Positions 9,478 to 18,768 of a stretch of 42,162 nt of DNA are shown here, one piece after another. The notes under the pieces are model-generated. The model saw only the letters and a program-made list of their open reading frames with translations, was not told the origin of the DNA and did no database searches. A program made the translations under genes and the position numbers. Source of the stretch: an uncultured Alphaproteobacteria bacterium (GTDB lineage: Bacteria > Pseudomonadota > Alphaproteobacteria > RF32 > CAG-239). The stretch's first letter is position 1; each line of letters begins with the position of its first letter. The stretch is taken from NCBI GenBank assembly GCA_944390035.1, contig CALXOP010000035.1, forward strand, positions 1-42,162, written 5' to 3'.

Positions 9478-11451
9478 ATGATTTTTGGCGAAAACAAAGA
9501 GCTGAAAAATATGGCCAACGCGATTCGCTTTTTGAGCGCGGATGCAATTGAAAAATCAAAATCCGGCCACCCCGGTATGCCTTTGGGAATGGCCGATGTT
9601 GCCACGGTTTTGTTCTCCAAATTCATCAAGATTGACCCCGAGCACCCGCGTTGGTTTGATCGTGACCGTTTTGTTTTGTCGGCAGGTCATGGCTCAATGT
9701 TGCTTTATTCTTTGCTTTATCTGTTGGGCTATAAAGACATCACCATTGATGATATTGCCAACTTCCGCCAATTAGGCGCCAAAACCGCCGGACACCCCGA
9801 ATACGGCCATTTAGCAGGCATTGATATGACCACCGGTCCTTTGGGACAAGGAATTTCCTCTGCGGTGGGCATGGCCTTGGCCGAAAGAATGATTAACGCC
9901 CGCTTTGGAGACGATTTGTGCAATCACTATACCTATGTTATTAACGGTGATGGTTGCTTAATGGAAGGCATTTCCGAAGAGGCCGCCTCTTTAGCCGGAC
10001 ATCTGAAATTAAATAAATTAATTGTTTTGTGGGATAATAACAATATCACGATTGACGGTACCGTCGACAAAGCCAACTCCACCGACCAAATCAAACGTTT
10101 TCAGGCTCTTGGCTGGAACACACTTGAAATCAATGGTCATGACTATGGTGAGATTGAAAAAGCCATAGCAAAAGCCCAAAAGTCAGACAAGCCGACCTTA
10201 ATTGCCTGCAAAACCAAAATCGGTTTTGGCGCACCGACCAAATGCGGTACCTCCAAATGCCATGGTTCTCCTCTTGGCGCGGAAGAAATTGCCGCCATGC
10301 GTAAGGCGCTTGATTGGCCTTATGACCCGTTTGAAGTCCCTGAGGAAATTTTGTCTTCTTGGCGTGAAGCCGGGTTAAGAAATCATCAAACTTACCAAAA
10401 ATGGGAAGAAAAAGCCCATGCCGCCGGCAAAACTTTTGATGACTTTATCAATGACCGCTTGCCCGCAGGTTGGGATGATCACCTCAAAGCACTGGAAGAA
10501 AAAGCCATTGCCGAGCAAACCAAAGTTGCCACCCGCAAAGCCTCTCAAATGTGTTTGGAACAAATCGTGCCGTATGTCCCGCAAATTATCGGCGGTTCGG
10601 CAGATTTGGCAGCCTCAAACCTCACTTTTGTTGATGGCATGAAAACCGTTACCAAAGATGACTATTCCGGAAATAATATTATGTATGGCATTAGAGAGCA
10701 TGCCATGGCAGCGATTATGAACGGCATGTCATTGCATGGCGGCGCAATTCCTTATGGCGGAACCTTCTTTGTCTTTTCGGACTATATGCGTCCGGCAATG
10801 CGCTTGGCCGCACTTATGGGAATACGTGTGATTTATGTTTTGACGCATGATTCAATCGGCGTCGGTGAAGATGGCCCAACCCATCAACCGATAGAACACC
10901 TGGCTTCTTATCGTGCAATGCCGAATATCTATACTTTCCGTCCATGCGACGTGGTCGAAACGGCAGAATGCTGGAGAATAGCCATCGAAAGCGAAAAAAC
11001 GCCAAGCATCTTGGCTCTGTCTCGTCAAAATTTGCCTATGCTCCGCACAGATGCTAAGCTAAATTTGAGTGCTCGCGGCGGATATATTATCTATGGTGAG
11101 AAAGACAATCGCCAAGCCACACTCATTGCCACCGGTTCAGAGGTATCTCTGGCGGTAGAAGCCGCTCAAGCTCTGGCACAAGAAGGCATCAAAGTTGCCG
11201 TTGTCTCCATGCCTTGTACCGAGTTGTTTGATGCTCAAGACATCAGCTATCAAGAAGACATATTGGGTCAAGCTCCGCGCATAGCCATCGAAGCCGGCTC
11301 AAAATTCGGTTGGGAACGCTATGTCGGCCTCAAAGGCGATATTATCGGAATGGATGGCTTTGGCGCCTCCGGTCCGGCGAGTGAATTATATAACTACTTT
11401 GGCATCACCAAAGAAGAAATTATCGATTCGGTAAAAACTTACCTAAAATAA
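9478..11451 (+). CDS. tkt: Transketolase
   Basis: SGHPGMPLG, RDRFVLSAGHGSM, TTGPLGQG, GDGCLMEG TPP motif, THDSIGVGEDGPTHQP; RBS AAGGAG. Confidence 0.98.
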   Translation: MIFGENKELKNMANAIRFLSADAIEKSKSGHPGMPLGMADVATVLFSKFIKIDPEHPRWFDRDRFVLSAGHGSMLLYSLLYLLGYKDITIDDIANFRQLGAKTAGHPEYGHLAGIDMTTGPLGQGISSAVGMALAERMINARFGDDLCNHYTYVINGDGCLMEGISEEAASLAGHLKLNKLIVLWDNNNITIDGTVDKANSTDQIKRFQALGWNTLEINGHDYGEIEKAIAKAQKSDKPTLIACKTKIGFGAPTKCGTSKCHGSPLGAEEIAAMRKALDWPYDPFEVPEEILSSWREAGLRNHQTYQKWEEKAHAAGKTFDDFINDRLPAGWDDHLKALEEKAIAEQTKVATRKASQMCLEQIVPYVPQIIGGSADLAASNLTFVDGMKTVTKDDYSGNNIMYGIREHAMAAIMNGMSLHGGAIPYGGTFFVFSDYMRPAMRLAALMGIRVIYVLTHDSIGVGEDGPTHQPIEHLASYRAMPNIYTFRPCDVVETAECWRIAIESEKTPSILALSRQNLPMLRTDAKLNLSARGGYIIYGEKDNRQATLIATGSEVSLAVEAAQALAQEGIKVAVVSMPCTELFDAQDISYQEDILGQAPRIAIEAGSKFGWERYVGLKGDIIGMDGFGASGPASELYNYFGITKEEIIDSVKTYLK

Positions 11452-11481
11452 AACCACGCAAAAGCAGAGTAGCAGTAAAGG

Positions 11482-11511
11482 AAAGGGCTTTCTAAAAGGA
11501 GGTCCTTTTTT
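11482..11511 (+). terminator. Intrinsic terminator of tkt
   Basis: AAAGGGCTTTCT-aaa-AGGAGGTCCTTT stem with G-U pairs, followed by a T tract. Confidence 0.65.
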
Positions 11512-11529
11512 AATGGAATAACACTTCTA

Positions 11530-11561
11530 TTGACAAATTTAAAGAAAAGTTGCAGTATAAG
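11530..11561 (+). promoter_or_regulatory. Sigma70-like promoter with no downstream ORF
   Basis: Perfect -35 TTGACA (11530-11535); -10 candidates CAGTAT (17-nt spacer) or TATAAG (20-nt spacer). Confidence 0.45.
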
Positions 11562-11721
11562 ACAAAATTAATCATAAGAATCGCAAAATTATAATTAAAA
11601 CATTTCGAAACCCAAGCAAATCATAGTTAACTCCAAATAATAGAAGATTTGCAGTGTTTCGTCATCTCGGCTTCTGCGGAAGTCGAAAGAAAGGTCTGAT
11701 GAATATCATCAGACCTTTTTT
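11562..11721 (+). ncRNA. Candidate small non-coding RNA (about 155 nt)
   Basis: Promoter upstream, no ATG before the terminator, hairpin TCGGCTTC-tgcg-GAAGTCGA (11667-11686), then a terminator with a T6 tail on +. Confidence 0.35.
11690..11721. terminator. Intrinsic terminator, probably bidirectional
   Basis: AAAGGTCTGATGA-ata-TCATCAGACCTTT perfect 13-bp stem; TTTTTT on +, TTTCTTT on -. Confidence 0.85.
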
Positions 11722-11735
11722 CATGTTTTGTCGTG

Positions 11736-12203
11736 CTATTTTGTTCTCAAGGGTAACTCTTCTACGGCTTGCAGAGGTTTATCCGTCCGCGGCTGTTTGG
11801 GCATCGGCGCAGTGCTGTTTGCCGGATAAGCCGGAACGAGTTTTGCCCGCTTTCCGTTATCAAAGACAAAGACTGACGGGGCTTTTTTGTCCCAATAGCC
11901 TAATTTGCCGACGAGGACAACTTTTCGATGCGCAACATTGGCAAAAGAGGAGTACTTTGGCGTTTGATAGCCGATGAGCAATTCGCAAGTATGGTCATCG
12001 GCCACAAACAAGGTCAAAATACGTTCATTCCAGTCCACCTGAACGGGAATAAGATTGCCTTGCAAACTGTCCACGCTAATCTCAGTAATTACATTGTTTT
12101 CACAAGCATTAGCTTCTGTTTTTGCGGACTGGCTTTTTTGACAAGCAAACAAACTGGCGATTAGAGCAATAGCTCCCGCAACGATAATAATTAAATTTTT
12201 CAT
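11736..12203 (-). CDS. Orphan lipoprotein
   Basis: MKN + hydrophobic stretch + LFAC lipobox; has its own promoter and terminator. Confidence 0.75.
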   Translation of the reverse strand: MKNLIIIVAGAIALIASLFACQKSQSAKTEANACENNVITEISVDSLQGNLIPVQVDWNERILTLFVADDHTCELLIGYQTPKYSSFANVAHRKVVLVGKLGYWDKKAPSVFVFDNGKRAKLVPAYPANSTAPMPKQPRTDKPLQAVEELPLRTK

Positions 12204-12234
12204 CTCAAATCGATTTTAAGTTAAACATAAAAAT
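12196..12234 (-). repeat. Conserved leader/start element, copy 1
   Basis: Minus strand TATTTTTATGTTTAActtaaaatcgATTTGAGATGAAAAA, near-identical to 12708-12745. Confidence 0.8.
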
Positions 12235-12249
12235 AAGCAAAGTGGCGGC

Positions 12250-12279
12250 ATTATCACCACAAAAATTTTTATCTGTCAA
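12250..12279 (-). promoter_or_regulatory. Sigma70-like promoter
   Basis: TTGACA-N18-GATAAT with TG upstream of the -10, directly after the upstream terminator. Confidence 0.6.
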
Positions 12280-12283
12280 AAAT

Positions 12284-12326
12284 AAAAAGAAAGACCGCCG
12301 GCTGAAATTCAGCCAGGGCAGGTCTT
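12284..12326 (-). terminator. Intrinsic terminator
   Basis: Minus strand AAGACC.GCC..GGCTGAA/TTCAGCC.GGC.GGTCTT bulged stem followed by TCTTTTT. Confidence 0.65.
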
Positions 12327-12340
12327 CTGGCTTAAAGTAA

Positions 12341-12715
12341 CTAACGCGCGATATCAAATCGCAATTTTGTGGTTTCTGTTAAATCCTCATCGGGGTAGTG
12401 ATACATCAACTGTACCCGAAAAGTCATCTTCAGACTATCTGCGGCAGCATCTATCTGTCGTTTAATCAAATCCATATCCTCTGCGACAATACCGTATGCA
12501 CACAAAGCATTGGTATTAGAGATTGGGATTTTTCGGACCTCAATGGCAATTGAATCTTGAGCATAAGTTTTCTCAAAATAAATCACCAAGCTGTCGGACT
12601 TGAACTGCAGCAGTTTAACACACACATTGTTTGGTTTTTCAGATTTTTTCTGAACGGATGAGCAGCCACATAAAAGGCTTGCAAAAACCAACACGGTTAA
12701 CATTACTTTTTTCAT
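12341..12715 (-). CDS. Orphan lipoprotein
   Basis: Start placed at 12715 (MKKVMLTVLVFASLLCGC lipobox), the ATG that sits in the same position of the shared leader repeat. Confidence 0.75.
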   Translation of the reverse strand: MKKVMLTVLVFASLLCGCSSVQKKSEKPNNVCVKLLQFKSDSLVIYFEKTYAQDSIAIEVRKIPISNTNALCAYGIVAEDMDLIKRQIDAAADSLKMTFRVQLMYHYPDEDLTETTKLRFDIAR

Positions 12716-12745
12716 CTCAAATAACATTTAATTAAACATAAAAAT
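12708..12745 (-). repeat. Conserved leader/start element, copy 2
   Basis: Minus strand TATTTTTATGTTTAAttaaatgttATTTGAGATGAAAAA. Confidence 0.8.
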
Positions 12746-12761
12746 AGCCTTTAGGGGAAAC

Positions 12762-12790
12762 GGTATAACTCTTAAAAAAACAAATTGCAA
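12762..12790 (-). promoter_or_regulatory. Sigma70-like promoter
   Basis: TTGCAA-N17-TATACC directly after the phoB terminator. Confidence 0.55.
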
Positions 12791-12792
12791 AT

Positions 12793-12823
12793 AAAAAAAA
12801 CTCTTCTTTTGCGAAGAGTTTTT
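12793..12823 (-). terminator. Intrinsic terminator of phoB
   Basis: AAAAACTCTTC-ttttgc-GAAGAGTTTTT with an A8 flank (T8 on the minus strand). Confidence 0.75.
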
Positions 12824-12844
12824 GAAAATTCAACAAAAAGCTGA

Positions 12845-13546
12845 TTATTCGTCGTCGCTGACGGGATGATTATCAATCGAATAGCCGGTTGCGCGCACGG
12901 TTCTGATATAATCGGGCCCAAAATCGTTCAGTGATTTTCTGAGGCGCCTGATGTGTACGTCCACCGTTCGGGATTCCACATAAATATTGTCGCCCCAAAC
13001 GGTTTTGAGTAACACCTCGCGAGAGAAAACTTTTCCCGGTGTTTCCATCAACATTTTAAGCAGCCGAAATTCGGTAGGCCCGAGGTGGATGTAATTTTCG
13101 CCTCTGAAAACCTTTTTCTCCACCAAGTCCATGCGAATATCTTCAAACACCAATTCTTTGGTGGTGGATATTTCCGGAGCTCTGCGCAAGTTAGCCTTAA
13201 CTCTGGCCATAAGTTCCGGAATAGAGAAGGGCTTGGTCACATAGTCGTCGGCGCCGGCACTCAAACCTTTAATTTTGTCTTCTTCCTCACCTTTTGCCGT
13301 CAGCATGATAATTGGAATATTTTTAATATCGGGCTTGCTGCGAATGAGTTTGCAAATTTCCACGCCTGAAATTTCGGGCAGCATCCAGTCAAGCAAAATA
13401 ACCGAAGGAGCATATTTTTCCACGTCTGCCAGAGCTTTGTTTCCTCTGGTTTCAATCACAACTTCATACCCTTCTTTTTCAAGGTTGTATTTCAAGAGCA
13501 AACCAAGTGCTTCTTCATCTTCCACAACCATCACAACCGGTGCCAT
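12845..13546 (-). CDS. phoB: Phosphate regulon response regulator PhoB
   Basis: VEDE..LLDWMLP..MLTAKGEEEDKIKGL..GADDYVTKPFS; PhoB-typical HLGPTEFRLL and VWGDNIYVESRTVDVHIRRLRK; RBS AAGGAG. Confidence 0.9.
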   Translation of the reverse strand: MAPVVMVVEDEEALGLLLKYNLEKEGYEVVIETRGNKALADVEKYAPSVILLDWMLPEISGVEICKLIRSKPDIKNIPIIMLTAKGEEEDKIKGLSAGADDYVTKPFSIPELMARVKANLRRAPEISTTKELVFEDIRMDLVEKKVFRGENYIHLGPTEFRLLKMLMETPGKVFSREVLLKTVWGDNIYVESRTVDVHIRRLRKSLNDFGPDYIRTVRATGYSIDNHPVSDDE

Positions 13547-13573
13547 TGACTTCTCCTTTTACACTTTTGAGGG

Positions 13574-13606
13574 AGTATAGCGCATTTAGGGTTAAAATTA
13601 CCTTAA
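13574..13606 (-). promoter_or_regulatory. CtrA-box-like phoB promoter
   Basis: Minus strand TTAA-GGTAATT-TTAAC (13606-13591), 11 nt, then -10 TATACT (13579-13574) preceded by GC. Confidence 0.45.
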
Positions 13607-14233
13607 AGCGTCAATGTTTTTGCGATAATCTTTGCTGGCAAACACGGATGTCCCTGCCACTAAAATATCCGCACCCGCAGCCACGCATTCGGCCGCGGTA
13701 AACGGGTTAATTCCGCCGTCAACCTCAATTTTTATATCTCTGTTGCCGATTAAAGATTTGATGCGAGCGATTTTTTGTAATTGTTCGGGAATAAAGGCTT
13801 GCCCGCCAAATCCGGGATTAACGCTCATCACCAAAATCTGGTCAACTTTATCCAAAATATAGGTCAAAACATTTTCATTAGTTGCCGGATTAAGCGAAAC
13901 GCCCGCTTTACAACCTCTTTCTTTGATGGAGCAGAGCAGCGCATCTAAATGTTTGCAGGTTTCGGCATGTATGGTTAAAATATCGGCTCCGGCCTGAATA
14001 AACCAATTTAACATAGCTTCAGGATTATCTACCATCAAATGCACATCCAGCGGCAGATTAGTGAGTTCGCGAATAACTCTGACAATCGCCGGTCCAAAAG
14101 TCAAATTCGGCACATAATGTCCGTCCATCACGTCAATATGAATCATATCCGCCCCGGCTTTTTCCAAGGCAATAATTTCGTTTCTTAAGTTAGCAAAATC
14201 AGCAGATAGAATACTCGGCGCAATTTTAACCAT
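13598..14233 (-). CDS. rpe: Ribulose-phosphate 3-epimerase
   Basis: IAPSILSADF, HIDVMDGHYVPNLTFG, DVHLMV, MSVNPGFGGQ, EVDGG. Confidence 0.97.
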   Translation of the reverse strand: MVKIAPSILSADFANLRNEIIALEKAGADMIHIDVMDGHYVPNLTFGPAIVRVIRELTNLPLDVHLMVDNPEAMLNWFIQAGADILTIHAETCKHLDALLCSIKERGCKAGVSLNPATNENVLTYILDKVDQILVMSVNPGFGGQAFIPEQLQKIARIKSLIGNRDIKIEVDGGINPFTAAECVAAGADILVAGTSVFASKDYRKNIDALR

Positions 14234-14309
14234 AATTTTTCTCCTGAAGGTTTTTTATTAGAATACCTCAAATTTTATTTGCTTACAAGCAAAAGACATA
14301 AATAAAATC

Positions 14310-14338
14310 TTGACAAAATTTTATAAAAGACGTTTACT
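14310..14338 (+). promoter_or_regulatory. Sigma70-like promoter
   Basis: TTGACA-N17-TTTACT upstream of ORF 14395. Confidence 0.55.
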
Positions 14339-14394
14339 CCTAAATCTAATGTGATTTTTATTAAATTATTGTTAAACCCAAAAAAACAAGTATT

Positions 14395-14802
14395 ATGGAC
14401 AAACTTAAAATTAAGTCGGCGCAGGAAGCCCTTGCAATGGCACAGCAGTATTTAGCAAATTCTATGCAGGATGTGGAGTTGGCAGAAGATAAAAACGGAA
14501 AAATTAAGTACAAACTGGCCAATCTCTACAATACTCCGGACTACCGCAACAAAATTGGTGGGGTGTGCTATGTTTTCGGATACCGTCGCAGCGCAGGAGA
14601 CAAGGCCGAAAACTTTCGTATCTACGTCAAATGCAGTGGTGTGCGCAAAAATTGCCAAGTGAAGGGCATAAAAGTAGAAGACTCTTCAATGGAAGAAATC
14701 ATGCCCGGAGATAATTTCTCGTGTCTCGGAAATCGCTATCACTACGATGGCAACACCATCACCTTGGGTGAAGAGCCAAAAGAAAGTACGAGCATTCACT
14801 AA
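14395..14802 (+). CDS. Orphan hypothetical protein (135 aa)
   Basis: ORF with its own promoter and terminator, SD-less A-rich leader, no recognised motif. Confidence 0.7.
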   Translation: MDKLKIKSAQEALAMAQQYLANSMQDVELAEDKNGKIKYKLANLYNTPDYRNKIGGVCYVFGYRRSAGDKAENFRIYVKCSGVRKNCQVKGIKVEDSSMEEIMPGDNFSCLGNRYHYDGNTITLGEEPKESTSIH

Positions 14803-14823
14803 CTGAAATAAGTCCAATGAACT

Positions 14824-14851
14824 AAAGCCTCCCTTTGCGGAGGCTTTTTTT
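14824..14851 (+). terminator. Intrinsic terminator
   Basis: AAAGCCTCC-ctttgc-GGAGGCTTT followed by a T tract. Confidence 0.85.
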
Positions 14852-14953
14852 GTTTCCGCGCGCAAGATATTGCAAAAATGCGAAAAAAACTTGCAAAACT
14901 TGGTTAAAAGTATATATTCACCTCCAGATATAACTACAAATAAGGAGAAACAA

Positions 14954-16003
14954 ATGCCTTTAGTAACAATGCGTCAAATTCTTGACCATGCTGCCGAAAA
15001 CAACTACGGTGTTCCGGCGTTTAACGTAAACGATATGGAACAAATCATTGCCGTTTTGCAAGCAGCTAAAAAAGTAAATGCTCCGGTTATTTTGCAAACC
15101 TCAACCGGTGCACGTAAATTTGCCGGTGATCCGATGATTCGTCACATGGTTGCCGCCGGAATCGAAATGTTCCCTGAACTGCCGATTTGTTTGCACCAAG
15201 ACCACGGTTCATCTGTAAATATCTGCCAATCAGCCATTGTTAACGGTTATTCTTCCGTTATGATGGACGGTTCTCTTGAAGCAGACGGCAAAACCCCGTC
15301 ATCTTTTGAATATAATGTTAATGTTACTAAAGAAGTTGTTGCCAGAGCTCATGCTGTCGGTGCCTCTGTTGAAGGTGAGTTAGGTGTTATCGGTTCATTG
15401 GAAACCGGTAAAGGCGACAAAGAAGATGGTCACGGTGCCGAAGGTGTAATTGATAAAAAACGTCTTGTTACCGATCCTGATGAAGCCGCTCGCTTCGTTG
15501 CCGAAACCAAGTTGGATGCCTTGGCTGTTGCCGTCGGAACATCTCATGGTGCTTATAAATTCACTCGTAAACCTGATGGTGAAATTTTGGCAATCGACGT
15601 TATCGAAAAAATTCACAAGAAATTGCCGAACACCCACATGGTTATGCATGGTTCTTCTTCCGTTCCGCAAGAATTGCAAGATTTAATCAATGCTTATGGC
15701 GGTGCAATTCCTCAAACTTACGGTGTTCCGGTAGAAGAAATCGTTCGTGGTATTAAATCCGGTGTTCGTAAAGTAAACGTTGATACCGACTGCCGTATGG
15801 CCATCACCGGTGCGATTCGCAAACTCTTTGCCGAAAATCCGAAAGAATTTGACCCGCGTAAATATCTCAAACCGGCGATTGAAGAAATGCAAAAAGTATG
15901 CGAAGCACGCTATATTGCATTTGGTGCTGCCGGCCATGCCGATAAGATTAAAGTTATCCCAATGTCAGTAATGGCTAAACGTTACGCTGACGGAGAAATT
16001 TAA
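14954..16003 (+). CDS. fba: Class II fructose-bisphosphate aldolase (proteobacterial/CbbA-like subtype)
   Basis: PAFNVND, LHQDHG, SSVMMDGS, VEGELG, GTSHGAYKF, VMHGSSSVP, KVNVDTD; start at 14954 after AAGGAG. Confidence 0.96.
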   Translation: MPLVTMRQILDHAAENNYGVPAFNVNDMEQIIAVLQAAKKVNAPVILQTSTGARKFAGDPMIRHMVAAGIEMFPELPICLHQDHGSSVNICQSAIVNGYSSVMMDGSLEADGKTPSSFEYNVNVTKEVVARAHAVGASVEGELGVIGSLETGKGDKEDGHGAEGVIDKKRLVTDPDEAARFVAETKLDALAVAVGTSHGAYKFTRKPDGEILAIDVIEKIHKKLPNTHMVMHGSSSVPQELQDLINAYGGAIPQTYGVPVEEIVRGIKSGVRKVNVDTDCRMAITGAIRKLFAENPKEFDPRKYLKPAIEEMQKVCEARYIAFGAAGHADKIKVIPMSVMAKRYADGEI

Positions 16004-16022
16004 TCCAGCCAAGATATAAGTC

Positions 16023-16057
16023 AAAAAAAATGGTCTGAATTTCAGACCATTTTTTTT
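16023..16057. terminator. Bidirectional intrinsic terminator
   Basis: A8-TGGTCTGAA-t-TTCAGACCA-T8. Confidence 0.88.
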
Positions 16058-16062
16058 AATAA

Positions 16063-17475
16063 CTATCGACTTCTTTTCTTTCTTTTCAAAACAAAGAGCG
16101 CATTGGTCGAGTTTTGTTGCAACTCTTGTTCAACGCGGTGAATATATTCTTTGTCTTTTGTGAGTCTGGGCAAACTTTCAACATATTTTTGCCCCAGAAT
16201 ATATTTACTTTCATCTGAAATTTTGGCTTTTTTCAAAGAACCCCAAATTTCTTCAATTTCTTTTGAGCTAAATTTATCTGGCATTTCCGTTGCCAAATCG
16301 ATAGATGCATTTATTTTGTCTTGCGTTGGCAAATAATTCAACCTTTCTTTTTTGATATTGAATATCATTTGCTGATTATTGAGCATGGTATAGATTTTCA
16401 GCATATCATTTAGGGTTGAAATGCAATTATTTTTTTGCGCATTTTCATAAGCCTGTTTCAGATAATAAGCACTCCACCTTAAATTAGCTCTGTCTTTGGC
16501 ATCCAAATTTTTAGAAAGTTGTTTCGGCTCGGTTTTATCCCAGTAAAGCGATGCCAACTTTTTATTGGCGCGATACAATTCATCGGGCGCCTTTGTTTTT
16601 GCCAAAACACGCTTATAGGCAGCAATCAAATTATTGGCATTACTTTTAAAAACAGAGCTGTTTACATTTTTCGCTTGGCTTTTTAAGCGGTCATGACAAC
16701 AGGTAACAATTTTCAAATCATTACTGTTGACCAGCGCTTTGAGCAAACATTGCAATTCGCTCTCGCAAGCCGGCCCTTCACCATAAGAGTTAGGCATAAT
16801 ATTAGACTTGCGAAAAACCTCAGATTGCAAATAATACATTTTAGCCAGTTGCTCAGGTTTCAAAATATTTTCATAAGTTTGCGCTTCTTGGTAGAGTTCT
16901 TGAGCCTCCATCATTGGCAAACCGATTGTTCCTCTTTCTCTGCCTTTATGGATTTTATCGGCATGGTCAATAAAGCCGATAACCTGAGTCAAATAAGGAA
17001 GATTTGAAAATCTTAATTCCATAAATTCGGGCAAGGCCTCTTGAATTTGCTCGGCGGTTTTATTCAGGGCAATATATTGTTGCTCGCTGGCCGAAAAATC
17101 ACAAATCTGAAACAACAATCCGTAGCTGATTTCTTTTTTCCCGTCTAAGGCAAAATTAATAATTTCTTGCATAGTGTTGTCCAAAGATTTATTGGCATAC
17201 TTTATAAATGATGCATTTCCGAGAGCCACCGGCACAATTTGTGTGACATCATCAATACCTTCTTTCGACTGCCCAAAAATTTTTTGGAATTGCTCGTCAC
17301 TCATATTTTCCAAAGTTTTTTTGGCAATAATTTGCTCGAAATTTTCCTCGGTCAGTGCCGCCGGCGGATAAAGAATAAGTGTTGTTTCCTGGGTGTTCTC
17401 TTGAATTTTTTCGGCAGGATTAGAGGCAAATGATACAGTCCCTTCACCTAATGTATTATTTGAAAAAAATTTCAT
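16063..17475 (-). CDS. Hypothetical alpha-helical (TPR-like) protein with a basic C-terminus
   Basis: 470-aa ORF, no signal peptide or TM helix, helical composition, ends LKRKKRSR. Confidence 0.7.
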   Translation of the reverse strand: MKFFSNNTLGEGTVSFASNPAEKIQENTQETTLILYPPAALTEENFEQIIAKKTLENMSDEQFQKIFGQSKEGIDDVTQIVPVALGNASFIKYANKSLDNTMQEIINFALDGKKEISYGLLFQICDFSASEQQYIALNKTAEQIQEALPEFMELRFSNLPYLTQVIGFIDHADKIHKGRERGTIGLPMMEAQELYQEAQTYENILKPEQLAKMYYLQSEVFRKSNIMPNSYGEGPACESELQCLLKALVNSNDLKIVTCCHDRLKSQAKNVNSSVFKSNANNLIAAYKRVLAKTKAPDELYRANKKLASLYWDKTEPKQLSKNLDAKDRANLRWSAYYLKQAYENAQKNNCISTLNDMLKIYTMLNNQQMIFNIKKERLNYLPTQDKINASIDLATEMPDKFSSKEIEEIWGSLKKAKISDESKYILGQKYVESLPRLTKDKEYIHRVEQELQQNSTNALFVLKRKKRSR

Positions 17476-17539
17476 TGGACTCTCTTCTAAAATTTATTGT
17501 TTTGTCTAGTTTTGTTGAAAATACGTAAAGAGTCAATAA

Positions 17540-18748
<1,209 letters not shown>

Positions 18749-18768
18749 TAACAAGAAAGACGAAAACA

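Noticed and set aside
11562-11721. tracrRNA, T-box, 6S or tmRNA identity for the candidate RNA
   Set aside because: No cas genes or CRISPR repeats nearby, no T-box GGTGG motif, no 5'/3' pairing and no tRNA-like ends
11654-11977. 107-aa + strand ORF in the track
   Set aside because: Runs through a strong terminator and antisense to a lipoprotein gene; GTG start with no RBS
12196-12745. CRISPR array or integron attC sites for the repeated leader
   Set aside because: Two copies ~510 bp apart overlapping start codons, no attC-like R''/R' inverted structure, no cas or intI
14870-14953. N-terminal extensions in the ORF track for fba (also tgt, batA, dtd)
   Set aside because: They come from upstream TTG codons; the downstream ATGs match family N-termini and mostly have SD sites
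9478-16003. Calvin cycle (cbb) operon from tkt, rpe and CbbA-like fba
   Set aside because: No RuBisCO, phosphoribulokinase or cbbR; the genes are in separate transcription units, consistent with ordinary pentose phosphate and glycolytic roles
11690-16057. DNA uptake sequence-like GG(T)CTGA cores in three terminators (11690, 12300, 16031)
   Set aside because: Only three short, non-identical instances; other terminators lack it and no overrepresentation is evident
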